A DNA stretch of 64,000 bases from positions 1,782,303 through 1,846,302 of the forward strand of contig CM082582.2 of the NCBI GenBank assembly GCA_040954595.2, read 5' to 3'. Below are positions 37,997 through 50,600 of the stretch, in pieces. The notes beneath the pieces were generated by a model. That model was not told where the DNA came from. It saw nothing but the letters and a program-made list of their open reading frames with translations, and did not search any database. This DNA is from Balanoglossus misakiensis. Taxonomy: Eukaryota; Animalia; Hemichordata. The first letter of the stretch is position 1. Each line of letters begins with the position of its first letter. Made by a program: the position numbers and the translations under genes.

Positions 37997-40574
37997 CACT
38001 GGGCAAAAAGGTTGATATACATTCAGTATTTTCACGTATATGGACACGTAGATCAGGAATATGCGCAAGTATACAATAGTTTGCACAGTTGTACATCTAC
38101 AATCTGCACCACGTATATGTGACGTATATTCACGTATATGGAACATACCAATGTGTTAGTATACGTGCACGTATATCTATGAAGATCACGGGTGTGCACA
38201 ACGCAGACCAATGCAGATCAAGTGCACACTATAAACATTCCAACGTATTTGTACACATTCTCAGTGCATATCTTCCTTGCTATTTGCATGACTGTGTTAT
38301 TAGCATACGTTACATCATCATCACAGACATTTACATTTGCATAGTTGAGTTCACGTTCCTGGTATTTATACGTATATTTAATGCAGACCCTTCCAGAAAT
38401 TACCATACATTATGTCATCATTGTTGGCAAATATTTGCAAAATAATTTTGGGGTCATATTTAAATTACCCCAAAGGTCACAATTCTGGGGTCATCCTTCA
38501 TGGTCAGGATTTGACCTTTCCTTCTTATTCACCTTTGCTGTAAATTTGTTACTATTAATCTGCATTGAGATGCAACTGCATTTCAAAGCAGATCAATAGC
38601 AAAAAATCGGTAAAAGCATATTTCAAGCCGATACACTTCCTCCCATCATGCATCAACAAAAAACTGCTCACATAATAAAATTCACTTAAAAGGTAATTTT
38701 ATTTAAAACATATAAAATGATTAAAGACATTACATGGACAAAGAACAAAGTGTTTTGTTTTTAAATGCAAACCTAAAATCTGAAAAATAATCCTCAAAGT
38801 CTAGCTTCATTCAGTAACTCCAAAATGCCATGAAAAAATTGCTTCATCTGACATCATCAGATCGCCTGCTTGCACCATGTTATCCTATTAAGATTTGTCT
38901 TCAAAATCCACCATCTTGCCATGACTCTGTAGAAGCTGTCAAAAAGAAAAGAAAAAGAGTATTTAGTGTGGTCATCTTAAGCACTTATCTTTGACTGCAG
39001 TGCCTATGAGCTACAACTTTTGGGAAGTCTGAACCACTGGCAGTTTATATAGAGTGGGCTGTAAACACCTTCACCTGGAACACAGCGACAAGTCAGTCCG
39101 TTCTGTTTTTACCTTTGTCGCCAACATGACAGTGCACTGTTTAAGTTTATAATAAACGTCCCCCATTGTTTTTAGTTTATGGGTGAAAATGTCTCATTTG
39201 CATTCAACAAATCGGGCCATGGGAAATGTCTTCCCACCTTCCAATTGTTTACTTTGTTATCTGTCATGTTGACAAGGTACAAAAAAGCATACAGATTCAA
39301 TGTGATGTTATCGCAACCAAGGTCAAATAGTTATGACTGAATAGTTGCTCACTATCACGCGTAAGAGCATGGTTAGAGCTACCAAGTATCCAAGCTCAGT
39401 AGCTGCTAAAATATCTGAACGTCAGCTATTCTGGCAATCCAGCAATCCCGCGCTTATATGCATCTTTTGTACTTGTCGTCAACCATGAAACACCAAGCTG
39501 TAGCACACACATGGAAATCAACCCAGTTTGTTTATCTTTTGTTCTAGCTAATCCTCAAGGCCTTTGATCTTGGCCAATGTTCCGCGTCTTTTTTCTCTAC
39601 GGGTTATGCTCAATGTTATAAATCATACTACACCAAATTGAATGAAAAGTCTAAGAATAAAAGAGATATACTTACTCGTTGGTTGTTACTTGTATCAGAT
39701 TAATCTTCTATGGTTACATAAAGCTGAGTGCTTTACCTGCCGCTGCAAAGTAAAACAAGGGACATTTGAGATAACAATACAAATGCTTGGTGGAAATGTC
39801 AAATTGTCAATCAAAACCTGTTTCTAGTTCTATATAGACATGCTTGATGCACTAATGCAAACGGCAGAAATAAAAAGGACTCGGACTAACAACGAGTAGA
39901 AATAGTGTCAAAACGCAGACACATGGGTGGGGTGGATATGGACAAGACCAAAACACGATGTATGTTTAAACTTACAAAAATCATACGATCCGGTCTTCCT
40001 TTGTTGGTGCATAGATTATCACCGCCGCATGTCGATTTTCCCTCAAAGACTTCTGTTCTGCGTCCAGACTATCAAGTTTCTGTGACAACTCTTCTTTCAC
40101 TTTGTCTGGTGTTGAAACAAACTTATGCACACGGTTGACGGCGTACAGTGACTGCCAGCGGTGCTGGTGTTTCTATGTACCGGAGGTGGACGTCGTAAAA
40201 CGTCGTAAAACAACCAGCGTTTTGCGACATAAAGTGGCCGCAGAAGTGCGACCCAGATCTTTCATCAAACTTTTGAAAGCGTTTGCTTTTAAAAACGGGT
40301 GGTCCAAATAATCCTAATAATTAGCATGAATATACGTACATATACATGGATGTATACTGTAGGCACACTATTCGGTAGAAAATAACTACAAATACGTAGA
40401 TCTGCGGAACGTATATGTAAGAGAACGTGTACATGATGTATACTTCACGTATTTGTACACATATCTAGCAGCTTGCATTTGTTACGTAGATGCACGTATA
40501 TGAAACGATTATGTCAAATGTACAAACTTAGTAGTTTTACGTATATTGTCGTATATCAATCATTTTGCCCAGTG
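37997..40574. mobile_element. CACTG-ended (CMC/EnSpm-like) non-autonomous transposon
   Basis: GTT|CACTGGGCAAAAAGGTTGATATAC...GTATATCAATCATTTTGCCCAGTG|GTT (3-bp TSD), with many ACGTA(T/G)AT subterminal repeats at both ends. Confidence 0.75.
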
Positions 40575-40974
40575 GTTATTTTCACCCACTGTATGTTTAC
40601 AGCATTTTTTTCTATTGCCAGACGTACTTTTTTTTCTCAATGCATTGTAGAAGGTATACTCATCCCAGAAATCATAAAAAAATTCAATTCAATATTTTTT
40701 TTTTGATTTGCCCCTCTGGGCAGTTTGCCGTGTAATACAAAATCTTAAATATGAGTTATGATTTTTTGATGCCAAAAATGTATTTTGAAATTTTTCATGA
40801 ATCTGTCCAATGAACTACTAGGCGTAGGAATGTTTACAACAGATGAATATTTCAGCATTAAAGTTTTAATAATATCTTCATCCAAAGAGCATCAATCATA
40901 CATTTTGATAAAAGTAAAAAAATACAAGATATTGGTATGGCTTGTTTAATTAGCACCTTTTATGTTGTGTGTAC

Positions 40975-41045
40975 GTATGTATGTATGTATGTATGTATGT
41001 ATGTATGTATGTATGTATGTATCTATGTATCTATGTATCTATGTA
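40975..41045. repeat. (TATG)n microsatellite
   Basis: Directly visible; grades into TATGTATC units. Confidence 0.95.
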
Positions 41046-41907
41046 CCAATCTATGTATAGAATAAAAACATTACACCTTCACGTTACAATTAGTCAATAA
41101 TCTTTACCCTTCCCATGGCTAAGATAAAAAAATGGCGTCTATGCCCCAATCTCTCAACTTTGCATACATAACACTTCAATAAACAGCCACAGACATTCAG
41201 TGCTGAGTGAACAAGCAAAATTTTTCTGACTGTTGTTTCTTCATGTTGGAAAAAAACTTAGAAATCTCTCTTTGAAATCCCTCAGTTTCCGGTCACATTT
41301 TTCAAGATCATTTTTAGTTTGTTTAAATTGTGACAATTATACTTACATATAAAAATTCTCAGAGTTTTGGTAAGAGTGATATTGTGAACATTTGGTGGAC
41401 TTCCCATCACCTGTTATGAAGTGAAAGTAGAAAACATTAAAGTAGAATACTTTCCCTGTTAAAAAGGTCTTTAATCTTTTTCCCAATTGTTGATGAGTTG
41501 CTATCATGCGAACAGAACAGATTTTATGAAGAGAAGATTGAATACTGTACTTGTGCAAACATATTCTATGTGTACTGCTTAACAAAATGCCTTGGAAAGC
41601 AATACCATTCTACGGACATTATTCTACACTCATTTTCAGTATTTTCTTTAGAAAACTGTCTTCCACATTAGCCATTTTTCTGGTTAACATACACAAGTAA
41701 TTAATTCAAAGAAATCTTTCATCACTCTTAAAAATCTGCAAAAAATAATGACCTAACCAATCAACTGAAAAAACTGAATATAGAATGTTAGCTATTGTGT
41801 TTATGAAATTTCTGAGTAGATATTTCGCAATAAAGGAAGCTTACTTATGGACTTGCTAAGAATTTGTTTTGGGGTTCGTTTGACAAGATATTGTCTTTAC
41901 GAATAAG

Positions 41908-43200
41908 CTGTGACCATTCTTGCATTCATGTCCATGTACGTGATGTGTCTATAGACATATTGTGATCAGACAAATTATTACAACTCTGGTATTCTGTTTA
42001 CAATGTACTGAATTCAAGTAAAGTTGTTCATATTGACTTCATAAATGATCTGGGTCCATTCTTGCATTCATGTCCATGTACATGATGTGTCTATAGACAT
42101 ATTGTGACCAGACAAATTATTACAACTCTGGTATTCTGTTTACAATGTACTGACTTCAAGTAATGTTGTTCACATTGACTTCATAAATGATCTGTGTCCA
42201 TTCTTGCATTCATGTCCATGTACATTATGTGTCTATAGACATATTGTGACCAGACAAATTATTACAACTGTGGTATTCTGTTTACAATGTACTGACATCA
42301 AATAAATTTGTTCATATTGACTTCATAAATCATCTGGGTCCATTCTTTCATTCATGTCCATGTACATGATGTGTCTATAGACATATTGTGACCAGACAAA
42401 TTGTTACAACTCTGGTATTCTGTTTACAATGTATAGACTTCAAGTAAAGTTGTTCACATTGACTTCATAAATGATCTGTGTCCATTCTTGCATTCATGTC
42501 CATGTATGTGATGTGTCTGTAGACATATTGTGACCAGACAAATTATTACAACTGTGGTATTCTGTTTACAATGTACTGACTTCAAGTAAAGTTGTTCACA
42601 TTGACTTCATAAATGATCTGTGTCCATTCTTGCATTCATGTCCATGTACGTGATGTGTCTATAGAAATATTGTGAGCAGACAAATTATTACAACTGTGGT
42701 ATTCTGTTTACAATGTACTGACTTCAAGTAAATTGTTCACATTGACTTTATAAATGATCTGTGTCCATTCTTGCATTCATGTCCATGTACATGATGTGTC
42801 CATAGACATATTGTGACCAGACAAATTATTACAACTGTGGTATTCTGTTAACAATGTACTGACATCAAATAAAGTTGTTCATGTTGACTTCATAAATGAT
42901 CTGTGTCCATTCTTGCATTCATGTTTATGTACGTGATGTGTCTATAGACATATTGTGATCAGACAAATTATTACAACTCTGGTATTCTGTTTACAATGTA
43001 CTGACTTCAAGTAAAATTATTCACATTGACTTTTTAAATGATCTGTGTCCATTATTGCATTCATGTCCATGTACATGATGTGTCTATAGACATATTGTGA
43101 TCAGACAAATTATTACAACTCTGGTATTCTGTTTACAATGTACTGACTTCAAGTAAAGTTGTTCACATTGACTTCATAAATGATCATGTATTCTGTTTAC
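41908..43200. repeat. 142-bp satellite, left block (~9 monomers)
   Basis: Same monomer as 47653-64000; the last unit has an internal deletion near 43185. Confidence 0.97.
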
Positions 43201-43929
43201 AATTAGTGGCTGCCTCTGTGGAACTCTACTTATATAATAATTGTACAGGAAAACACGTCTTGCATACAAATACACCTGAAACACTCGAACAGTATAAATG
43301 CTTGAAAACTAGTGGGCTAATGGGAAGGAACAGAATGCGACACACTCATGGGTTGGCGGAAACTTGGCAAAATCTTTAATATGCAGATGAAAAAGAGTTT
43401 GACAAAACCAGCTCCAACCACTTATAAACTATGTGAATAAAGGTAAATAAAATAAATATAACAAACATACAAGGAAAAGCCATGGGTAGTGGTGGGTGGG
43501 GTTTTAAGCGAGCGACTGCTCGGAAAAAGTGACTCTACAAGATGGCGGAAGCCCTACAAAAGTAGCAATTCTCTCCGGAAGGCGGGAAGACGCACTACAC
43601 AGAGGGCGCCCCAAATTACACCCAAGGGGTTGGGCCTAAATTAGTGGCTGCCTATGTGGAACTCTACTTATATAATAATTGTACAGGAAAACACGTCTTG
43701 CATACAAATACACCTGAAACACTCGAACAGTATAAATGCTTGAAAACTAGTGGGCTAATGGGAAGGAACAGAATGCGACACACTCATGGGTTGGCGGAAA
43801 CTTGGCAAAATCTTTAATATGCAGATGAAAAGAGTTTGACAAAACCAGCTCCAAGCCGCCAAACCAGGGGAGGGGAAGCATTCAGGGAGTTCCCATTAGC
43901 GAGTAAAATACAAAACTGCCTAGGAACTT

Positions 43930-45583
43930 ACTAGAAGTCATAGTGAAAATTAGTGAAATATGTGACTGGCACTGCCACCTCTATCACATGCATACTATTG
44001 GTTAACTCATGAAATTCAAAACTGTGATGCTGAGAAATGTGCCATCTGCTTAAATGGTCAGCTAAGCGATTATCCTGACCCTGAATAGCACCGCTTTAAG
44101 GTCAAAACTATTGAGTGCGGACACTAGCCATAACTCTCGTAAATATTGAAGCATATGAAGGTCTCGTGAGCGACCTGAATTAATGACAGTGACTGTTGCC
44201 ATATTATCGCAAAACACCTGAATGCGCTGGCCTTTCCACAGATGGCCCCACAGACGACACGCAACAAGCACTGTTAAAAGTTCTAACGCATTAATATGTA
44301 AACCCTGACTAGTAACAGGTAAAGGAAATTCTGTGTGAAAATACAGTCCTAGAGAAAAGCCCCCGCAGCCTGAGAGGCAGGCGTCAGTAGAAAAAAAAAC
44401 GGCATCTGGTGTACTCCATCTAGAAGCTGGGATAACAGATACTCCGTTGTAAAAAGGTAAAAAGGTACGCCCCCAAACTAAGGCAGCGAAGAATTGCGAA
44501 TCTAGAAAAATGCGAGGTGATTTAAACTGCTGTCTAAGTAACTGTAACATACGGGAGAAAAACACTCGTCCTGAGCGAACACATGTGGCAACTGAATTAA
44601 GCTTGCCTAACAAAGACTGAAATTGACGCTTGGGAACAGAGACTTTTGTGTCCCACTCATCAAGCTCTGTGAGTAGGGTGGATAACTTGTGTGCTGGAAT
44701 GCGCATGGTCATAGACACAGTGTCGAATTCAATACCGAGAAAAACCATGCAAGTGGACGGCGCTACTGCTTTATCCTGCGCCTCCTCTAGACCGAGCTGT
44801 GATAAAAGTCGACCAAGGGATTCAAAGGCTGCCATGGCTTTGTCTGGCGCCTCTGCACCCCCAAAATCATCTAAATAATTGATGCCAGCGTAACCATTCT
44901 GTCTAAATAAATACATGACTGCATTTGTGGTACGTTGGCAGGCTAATGCAGCAGAGCGAAGCCCGAAGGGAAAAACACGATCAAAAAAGAATAAATGATG
45001 CCATGAAAAACCAAGGAGATTATAATCTCGAGGGTCAATGAAAATTTGCCGATATGCTCGGCGTAAGTCTCTCTGTATAACAGGCAACCGGGGCCTTTGT
45101 CCTGGATAATTTGTGAGAAATGATCTAAAGATGGGTACGACAGTTTTATGTGATAACCATCATAAAAGTCTGAAGAGATTCCGTCATTGACAGAAAGTGT
45201 TCTGGAAAGCTGAGGTCCATGACGACGCGACGGCGTGAAGAGTCCTTTTTGGGCACAGTTTGAAGTGGAGACACCACGAACCCGTGAGGAAATGGGCTGA
45301 TTGTGAAAGGTCCGGCTGTGGCCCCAGCGGCGACTTCAGTGCTGATGAAGTGGTCCACATCGTCGGGAAACATCAAGGCCGAAGGGTGATTACGGATGTC
45401 GAAGACTGGTAACGTGTCACGGGTATAACCGATAGGCCAGCCAAGATGGTGATAGTCACAAATGATATTGTCAGCATAATGTGCCAGCAGTGATCTCCAT
45501 AACGGCAACACTAATTTAGTCGGAACGGGATATTTGAGACCTTGGTAGTTTGGTAACCCGGATGTAGAAACTTGCGCATGCAA
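43930..45583 (-). pseudogene. DIRS/Ngaro RT-RNase H, frameshifted
   Basis: RRVVMDLS, DLRRAYRQ, FPFGLRSA, NYLDDF, FLGIEFDT, LLGKL; RNase H motifs STDACLSGCGG, HINALELL, FCDNMATV and NRLADHLSR (after a frameshift). Confidence 0.92.
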
Positions 45584-46309
45584 GGCACAAATATTGGCTA
45601 AAGAAAGTTCCGATGAGGGAGACGTGCTCGACGGAAAGTTTAAATACAGCGATGTCAGAGGCGAAGCTGAAATCGGAGGAATTGTTACAATGTTTTAAGT
45701 GGACGAGGACGGTGGGTCCTCGTTCGCTGAGTGAGACACATATATGGCTAAAGAAAGTTCCGATGAGGGAGACGTGCTCGAGGAAAGTTTAAATACAGAA
45801 TGTCAGAGGCGAAGCTGAAATCGGAGGAATTGTTACAATGTTTGAAGTGGACGAGGACGGTGGGTCCTCGTTCGCTGAGTGAGACACAATGTCAGATGAT
45901 GGAAAGTTGAGGTCCATGACGACGCGACGGCGTGTAGAGACCTCCTTGGGCACAGTTTGAAGAAAATTCCGAAGGTGGGGAAGTGCTCGACGGAATGATA
46001 AAATACCGCGATGTCAGAGGCGAAGCTGAAATCACAGGAATTGTTACAATGTTTGAAGTGGACGAGAACGGTGGGTCCTCGTTCGCTGAGTGAGACACAA
46101 TGTCGATGATGCGGCTGTATGGCCTGAGATACATGAAGGGCGTGGTGTATGGGACCAGGGAGCCCGAATGTTAGCGTTGGACGGTAACCGAGCGCTAGAA
46201 AATTCTTCCGATGCAGAAGTGTTCTGTGAGGAAGAGAGAGAACACAATGTAGTCTGTGAACGTGGGATGCAACCCAACGTCTGAAGTTCAATCCGAAATA
46301 GGTGAATTA

Positions 46310-47467
46310 CTATTTGGGAGTGTCATTCTTCTTGCTGATGGCGAGTGGGCAATCTTTGCCGCTGTGAGGTGTGGCTGTGTTGTTAATTTTGAAACAGCGA
46401 TAGCAGATGTGGCGTCTAAAACACTTGTCGCCCCATTCGCATGTCTGGAGGTTGTACTTGTAACAAATATCGCTCTTCTTGACGGCCTGTGTCTTGCCGC
46501 TATCAGTGCCTTGTTTGACGGATTTCAGGGTGTCGGGTGAGAGAAGTTCTTTTTCATAACGGTCGAAGCAGTCTTGCCAACGTAGTTCTGCGCTTTGTAT
46601 CTTTTCTAAGATGGTACCGTGGAAATTCAGTACGTCTGACCAATCGTGCTTATGAGCGAGTCTCATTAAGTTCTGGAGATGCAGTGATCTGGGAGCGCGT
46701 TCCTCAGACGAGATGGGCAGGTAGACGGAGTTGAGTATTTCTAATTCACCTCTGACCAGTTGTGCGATGGTTAAGTTGTCGAATTTGGGGACTTTTCCTC
46801 CTTTTTCGCGAGGTAGGCGCAAATGTGGCCATTTCACTCTGGATTCGTCTGCGAAGCTAGGGGCTTGAGAGTCACGAGGGGACTTTCCTGGCTTACCTTG
46901 TGACATGTAGCCGATCGGCCATTCAGCACGAGTAGACTGTCCGATGGACTTTGGCAATGCGGAGGCGCCAAATGCCGAATTCACGATGTGAGAGAGTTGT
47001 GCGTCGACTGCTTGGTTGGCCGCTGGGTTTTGACGAAGGGTGTCCAGTGTTGGTGGACAGCCGTTGCCCGACGATAAAGGGATCGATGGAGGCGGTTGCA
47101 TGGGACTTGTGTTGGCAACCCGCACTCGGAGGGCGGGAAGTTCGTGGTCTAGTTCTGAGATGCTGGAGCGGGTCTGTAATGCACGCTGCTCTCGTTTCTG
47201 CAGTAGGAGTTGCTTTTCCTGTAACAGTTCTGCCTGTCTGACTTGTAGATCTTCGAGCTGGAGTGAGTCAGTCTGTTCGACGACGACGGATGTGGTGGGA
47301 ATGGCAGAGCTTCCATCTGCGCCTTGCGGTTGGGGCACGCCTGTGCAGTTTGGGCCTGGCTGTAATCCAAGAGCGCGATGCCCTTTTACTGCTTGTTTGC
47401 AGCCAGAGCAGTTGGGAGTCCGCCTTTCGGACTGTGGGAGAGTTTCGCTGTCTGAGTGGTCGGACAT
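46310..47467 (-). CDS. Gag-like ORF1 of the Ngaro element (385 aa, intact)
   Basis: N-terminal CSGC..H..C motif, a coiled coil, and C-terminal ICYKYNLQTCEWGDKCFRRHICYRC...HSGKDC zinc fingers; lies directly after repeat A1. Confidence 0.85.
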   Translation of the reverse strand: MSDHSDSETLPQSERRTPNCSGCKQAVKGHRALGLQPGPNCTGVPQPQGADGSSAIPTTSVVVEQTDSLQLEDLQVRQAELLQEKQLLLQKREQRALQTRSSISELDHELPALRVRVANTSPMQPPPSIPLSSGNGCPPTLDTLRQNPAANQAVDAQLSHIVNSAFGASALPKSIGQSTRAEWPIGYMSQGKPGKSPRDSQAPSFADESRVKWPHLRLPREKGGKVPKFDNLTIAQLVRGELEILNSVYLPISSEERAPRSLHLQNLMRLAHKHDWSDVLNFHGTILEKIQSAELRWQDCFDRYEKELLSPDTLKSVKQGTDSGKTQAVKKSDICYKYNLQTCEWGDKCFRRHICYRCFKINNTATPHSGKDCPLAISKKNDTPK

Positions 47468-47652
47468 ATTGTGACGACAAAGCGGCGAAAAAGACGGATT
47501 TTTGGGAGAAGTTTTAAGCGAGCGACTGCTCGGAAAAAGTGACTCTACAAGATGGCGGAAGCCCTACAAAAGTAGCAATTCTCTCCGGAAGGCGGGAAGA
47601 CGCACTACACAGAGGGCGCCCCAAATTACACCCAAGGGGTTGGGCCTAAATT

Positions 47653-50600
47653 TACTGACTTCAAGTAAAGTTGTTCACATTGACTTCATAAATGATCTGT
47701 GTCCATGCTTGCAGTCATGTCCATGTACGTGATGTGTCTATAGACATATTGTGACCAGACAAATTATTACAACTCTGGTATTCTGTTTACAATTTACTGA
47801 CTTCAAGTAAAGTTGTTCACATTGACTTCATAAATGATCTGTGTCCATTCTTGCATTCATGTCCATGTACGTGATGTGTCTATAGACATATTGTGACCAG
47901 ACAAATTATTACAACTCTGGTATTCTGTTTACAATGTACTGACATGAAGTAAAGTTGTTCACATTGACTTCATTAATGATCTGTGACCATTCTTGCAGTC
48001 ATGTCCATGTACGTGATGTGACTATAGACATATTGTGACCAGACAAACTATTTCAACTCATGTATTCTGTTTACAATGTGCTTACTTCAAGTAAAGTTGT
48101 TCACATTTTCTTCATAAATGATCTGTGTCCATGCTTGCAGTCATGTCCATGTACGTGATGTATCCATAGACATATTGTGACCAGACAAATTATTACAACT
48201 CTGGTATTCTGTTTACAATTTACTGACTTGTTCACATTTTCTTCATAAATGATCTGTGTCCATGCTTGCAGTCATGTCCATGTACCTGATGTGTCTATAG
48301 ACATATTGTGACCAGACAAATTATTACAACTCTGGTATTCTGTGTACAATTTACTGACTTCAAGTAACGTTGTCCACATTGACTTCATAAATGATCTGTG
48401 TCCATTCTTGCATTCATGTCCATGTACGTGATGTGTCTATAGACATATTGTGACCAGACAAATTATTACAACTCTGGTATTCTGTTTACAATGTACAAAC
48501 ATGAAGTAAAGTTGTTCACATTGACTTCATAAATGATTTGTGTCCATTCTTACATTCATGTCCATGTACGTGATGTGTCTATAGACATATTGTGACCAGA
48601 CAAAGTATTACAACTGTGGTATTCTGTTTACAATGTACTGACTTCAAGTAAAGTTGTTCACATTGACTTCATAAATGTTCTGTGTCCATTCTTGCATTCA
48701 TGTCCATGTACGTGATGCGTCTATAGACATATTGTGATCAGACAAACTATTACAACTTTGGTATTCTGTTTACAATGTACTGACTTCAAGTAAAGTTGTT
48801 CACATTGACTTCATAAATGCTCTGTGTCCATTCTTACATTCATGTCCATGTACGTGATGTGTCTATAGACATATTGTGACCAGACAAATTATTACAACTC
48901 TGGTATTCTGTTTACAATTTACTGACTTCAAGTAAAGTTGTTCACATTGACTTCATAAATGATCTGTGTCCATTCTTGCATTCATGTCCATGTACGTGAT
49001 GTGTATATAGACATATTGTGATCAGACAAATTATTACAACTGTGGTATTCTGTTTACAATGTACTGACATGAAGTATAGTTGTTCACATTGACTTCATAA
49101 ATGATCTGTGTCCATTCTTGCATTCATATCTATGTACGTGATGTGTCTATAGACATATTGTGACCAGACAAACTATTTCAACTCATGTATTCTGTTTACA
49201 ATGTACTGAATTCAAGTAAAGTTGTTCACATTGACTTCATAAATGAACTGTGTCCATTCTTGCAGTCATGTCCATGTACGTGATGTGTCTATAGACATAT
49301 TGTGACCATACAAATTATTACAACTCTGGTATTCTGTTTACAATTTACTGACTTCAAGTAAAGTTGTTCACATTGACTTAATAAATGATCTGTGTCCATT
49401 CTTGCATTCATGTCCATGTACGTGATGTGTCTATAGACATATTGTGATCAGACAAATTATTACAACTGTGGTATTCTGTTTATAATGTACTGACTTCAAG
49501 TAAAGTTGTTCACATTGACTTCATAAATGATCTGTGTCCATTCTTGCATTCATGTCCATGTACGTGATGTGCCTATAGACATATTGTGACCAGACAAATT
49601 ATTACAACTCTGGTATTCTGTTTACAATTTACTGACTTCAAGTAAAGTTGTTCACATTGACTTCATAAATGATCTGTGTCCATTCTTGCATTCATGTCCA
49701 TGTACGTGATGTGTCTATAGACATATTGTGACCACACAAATTATTACAACTCTGATATTCTGTTTACAATGTACTGACATGAAGTAAAATTGTTCACATT
49801 GACTTCATAAATGATCTGTGTCCATTCTTGCATTCATGTCCATGTACGTGATGTGTCTATAGACATATTGTGATCAGACAAACTATTTCAACTCATGTAT
49901 TCTGTTTACAATGTGCTTACTTCAAGTAAAGTTGTTCACATTGACTTCATAAATGATCTGTGTCCATTCTTGCTTTCATGTCCATGTACGTGATGTGTCT
50001 ATAGACATATTGTGACCAGACAAATTATTACAACTGTGGTATTCTGTTTACAATGTACTGACTTCAAGTAAAGTTGTTCACATTGACTTCATAAATGATC
50101 TGTGTCCATTCTTGCATTCATGTCCATGTACGTGATGTGTCTATAGACATATTGTGACCAGACAAATTATTACAACTCTGATATTCTGTTTACAATGTAC
50201 TGACATGAAGTAAAATTGTTCACATTGACTTCATAAATGATCTGTGTCCATTCTTGCATTCATGTCCATGTACGTGATGTGTCTATAGACATATTGTGAC
50301 CAGACAAATTATTACAACTGTGGTATTCTGTTTACAATGTACTGACTTTAAGTAAAGTTATTCACATTGACTTCATAAATGTTCTGTGTCCATTCTTGCA
50401 TTCATGTCCATGTACGTGATGTGTCTATAGACATATTGTGACCAGACAAATTATTACAACTCTGGTATTCTGTTTACAATGTACTGACATGAAGTAAAGT
50501 TGTTCACATTTTCTTCATAAATGATCTTGTTCATGCTTGCAGTCATGTCCATGTATGTGATGTGTCTATAGACATATTGTGACCAGACAAATTATTACAA

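Larger units (their letters stand above)
43201..47652 (-). mobile_element. Ngaro-type DIRS retrotransposon with split direct repeats and no YR ORF
   Basis: Repeat A at 47511-47652 is identical to 43501-43642. Repeat B at 43639-43854 differs from 43201-43417 at 2 positions. Minus-strand order is A1-gag-RT/RH-B1-A2-B2. Confidence 0.93.

Noticed and set aside
43501-43642. Ngaro repeat A is 142 bp, the same as the satellite period
   Set aside because: No sequence similarity; the length includes the shared AATT. Treated as coincidence.
47040-47517. Plus-strand ORFs overlapping gag
   Set aside because: Antisense to a GC-richer real ORF and without recognisable motifs.
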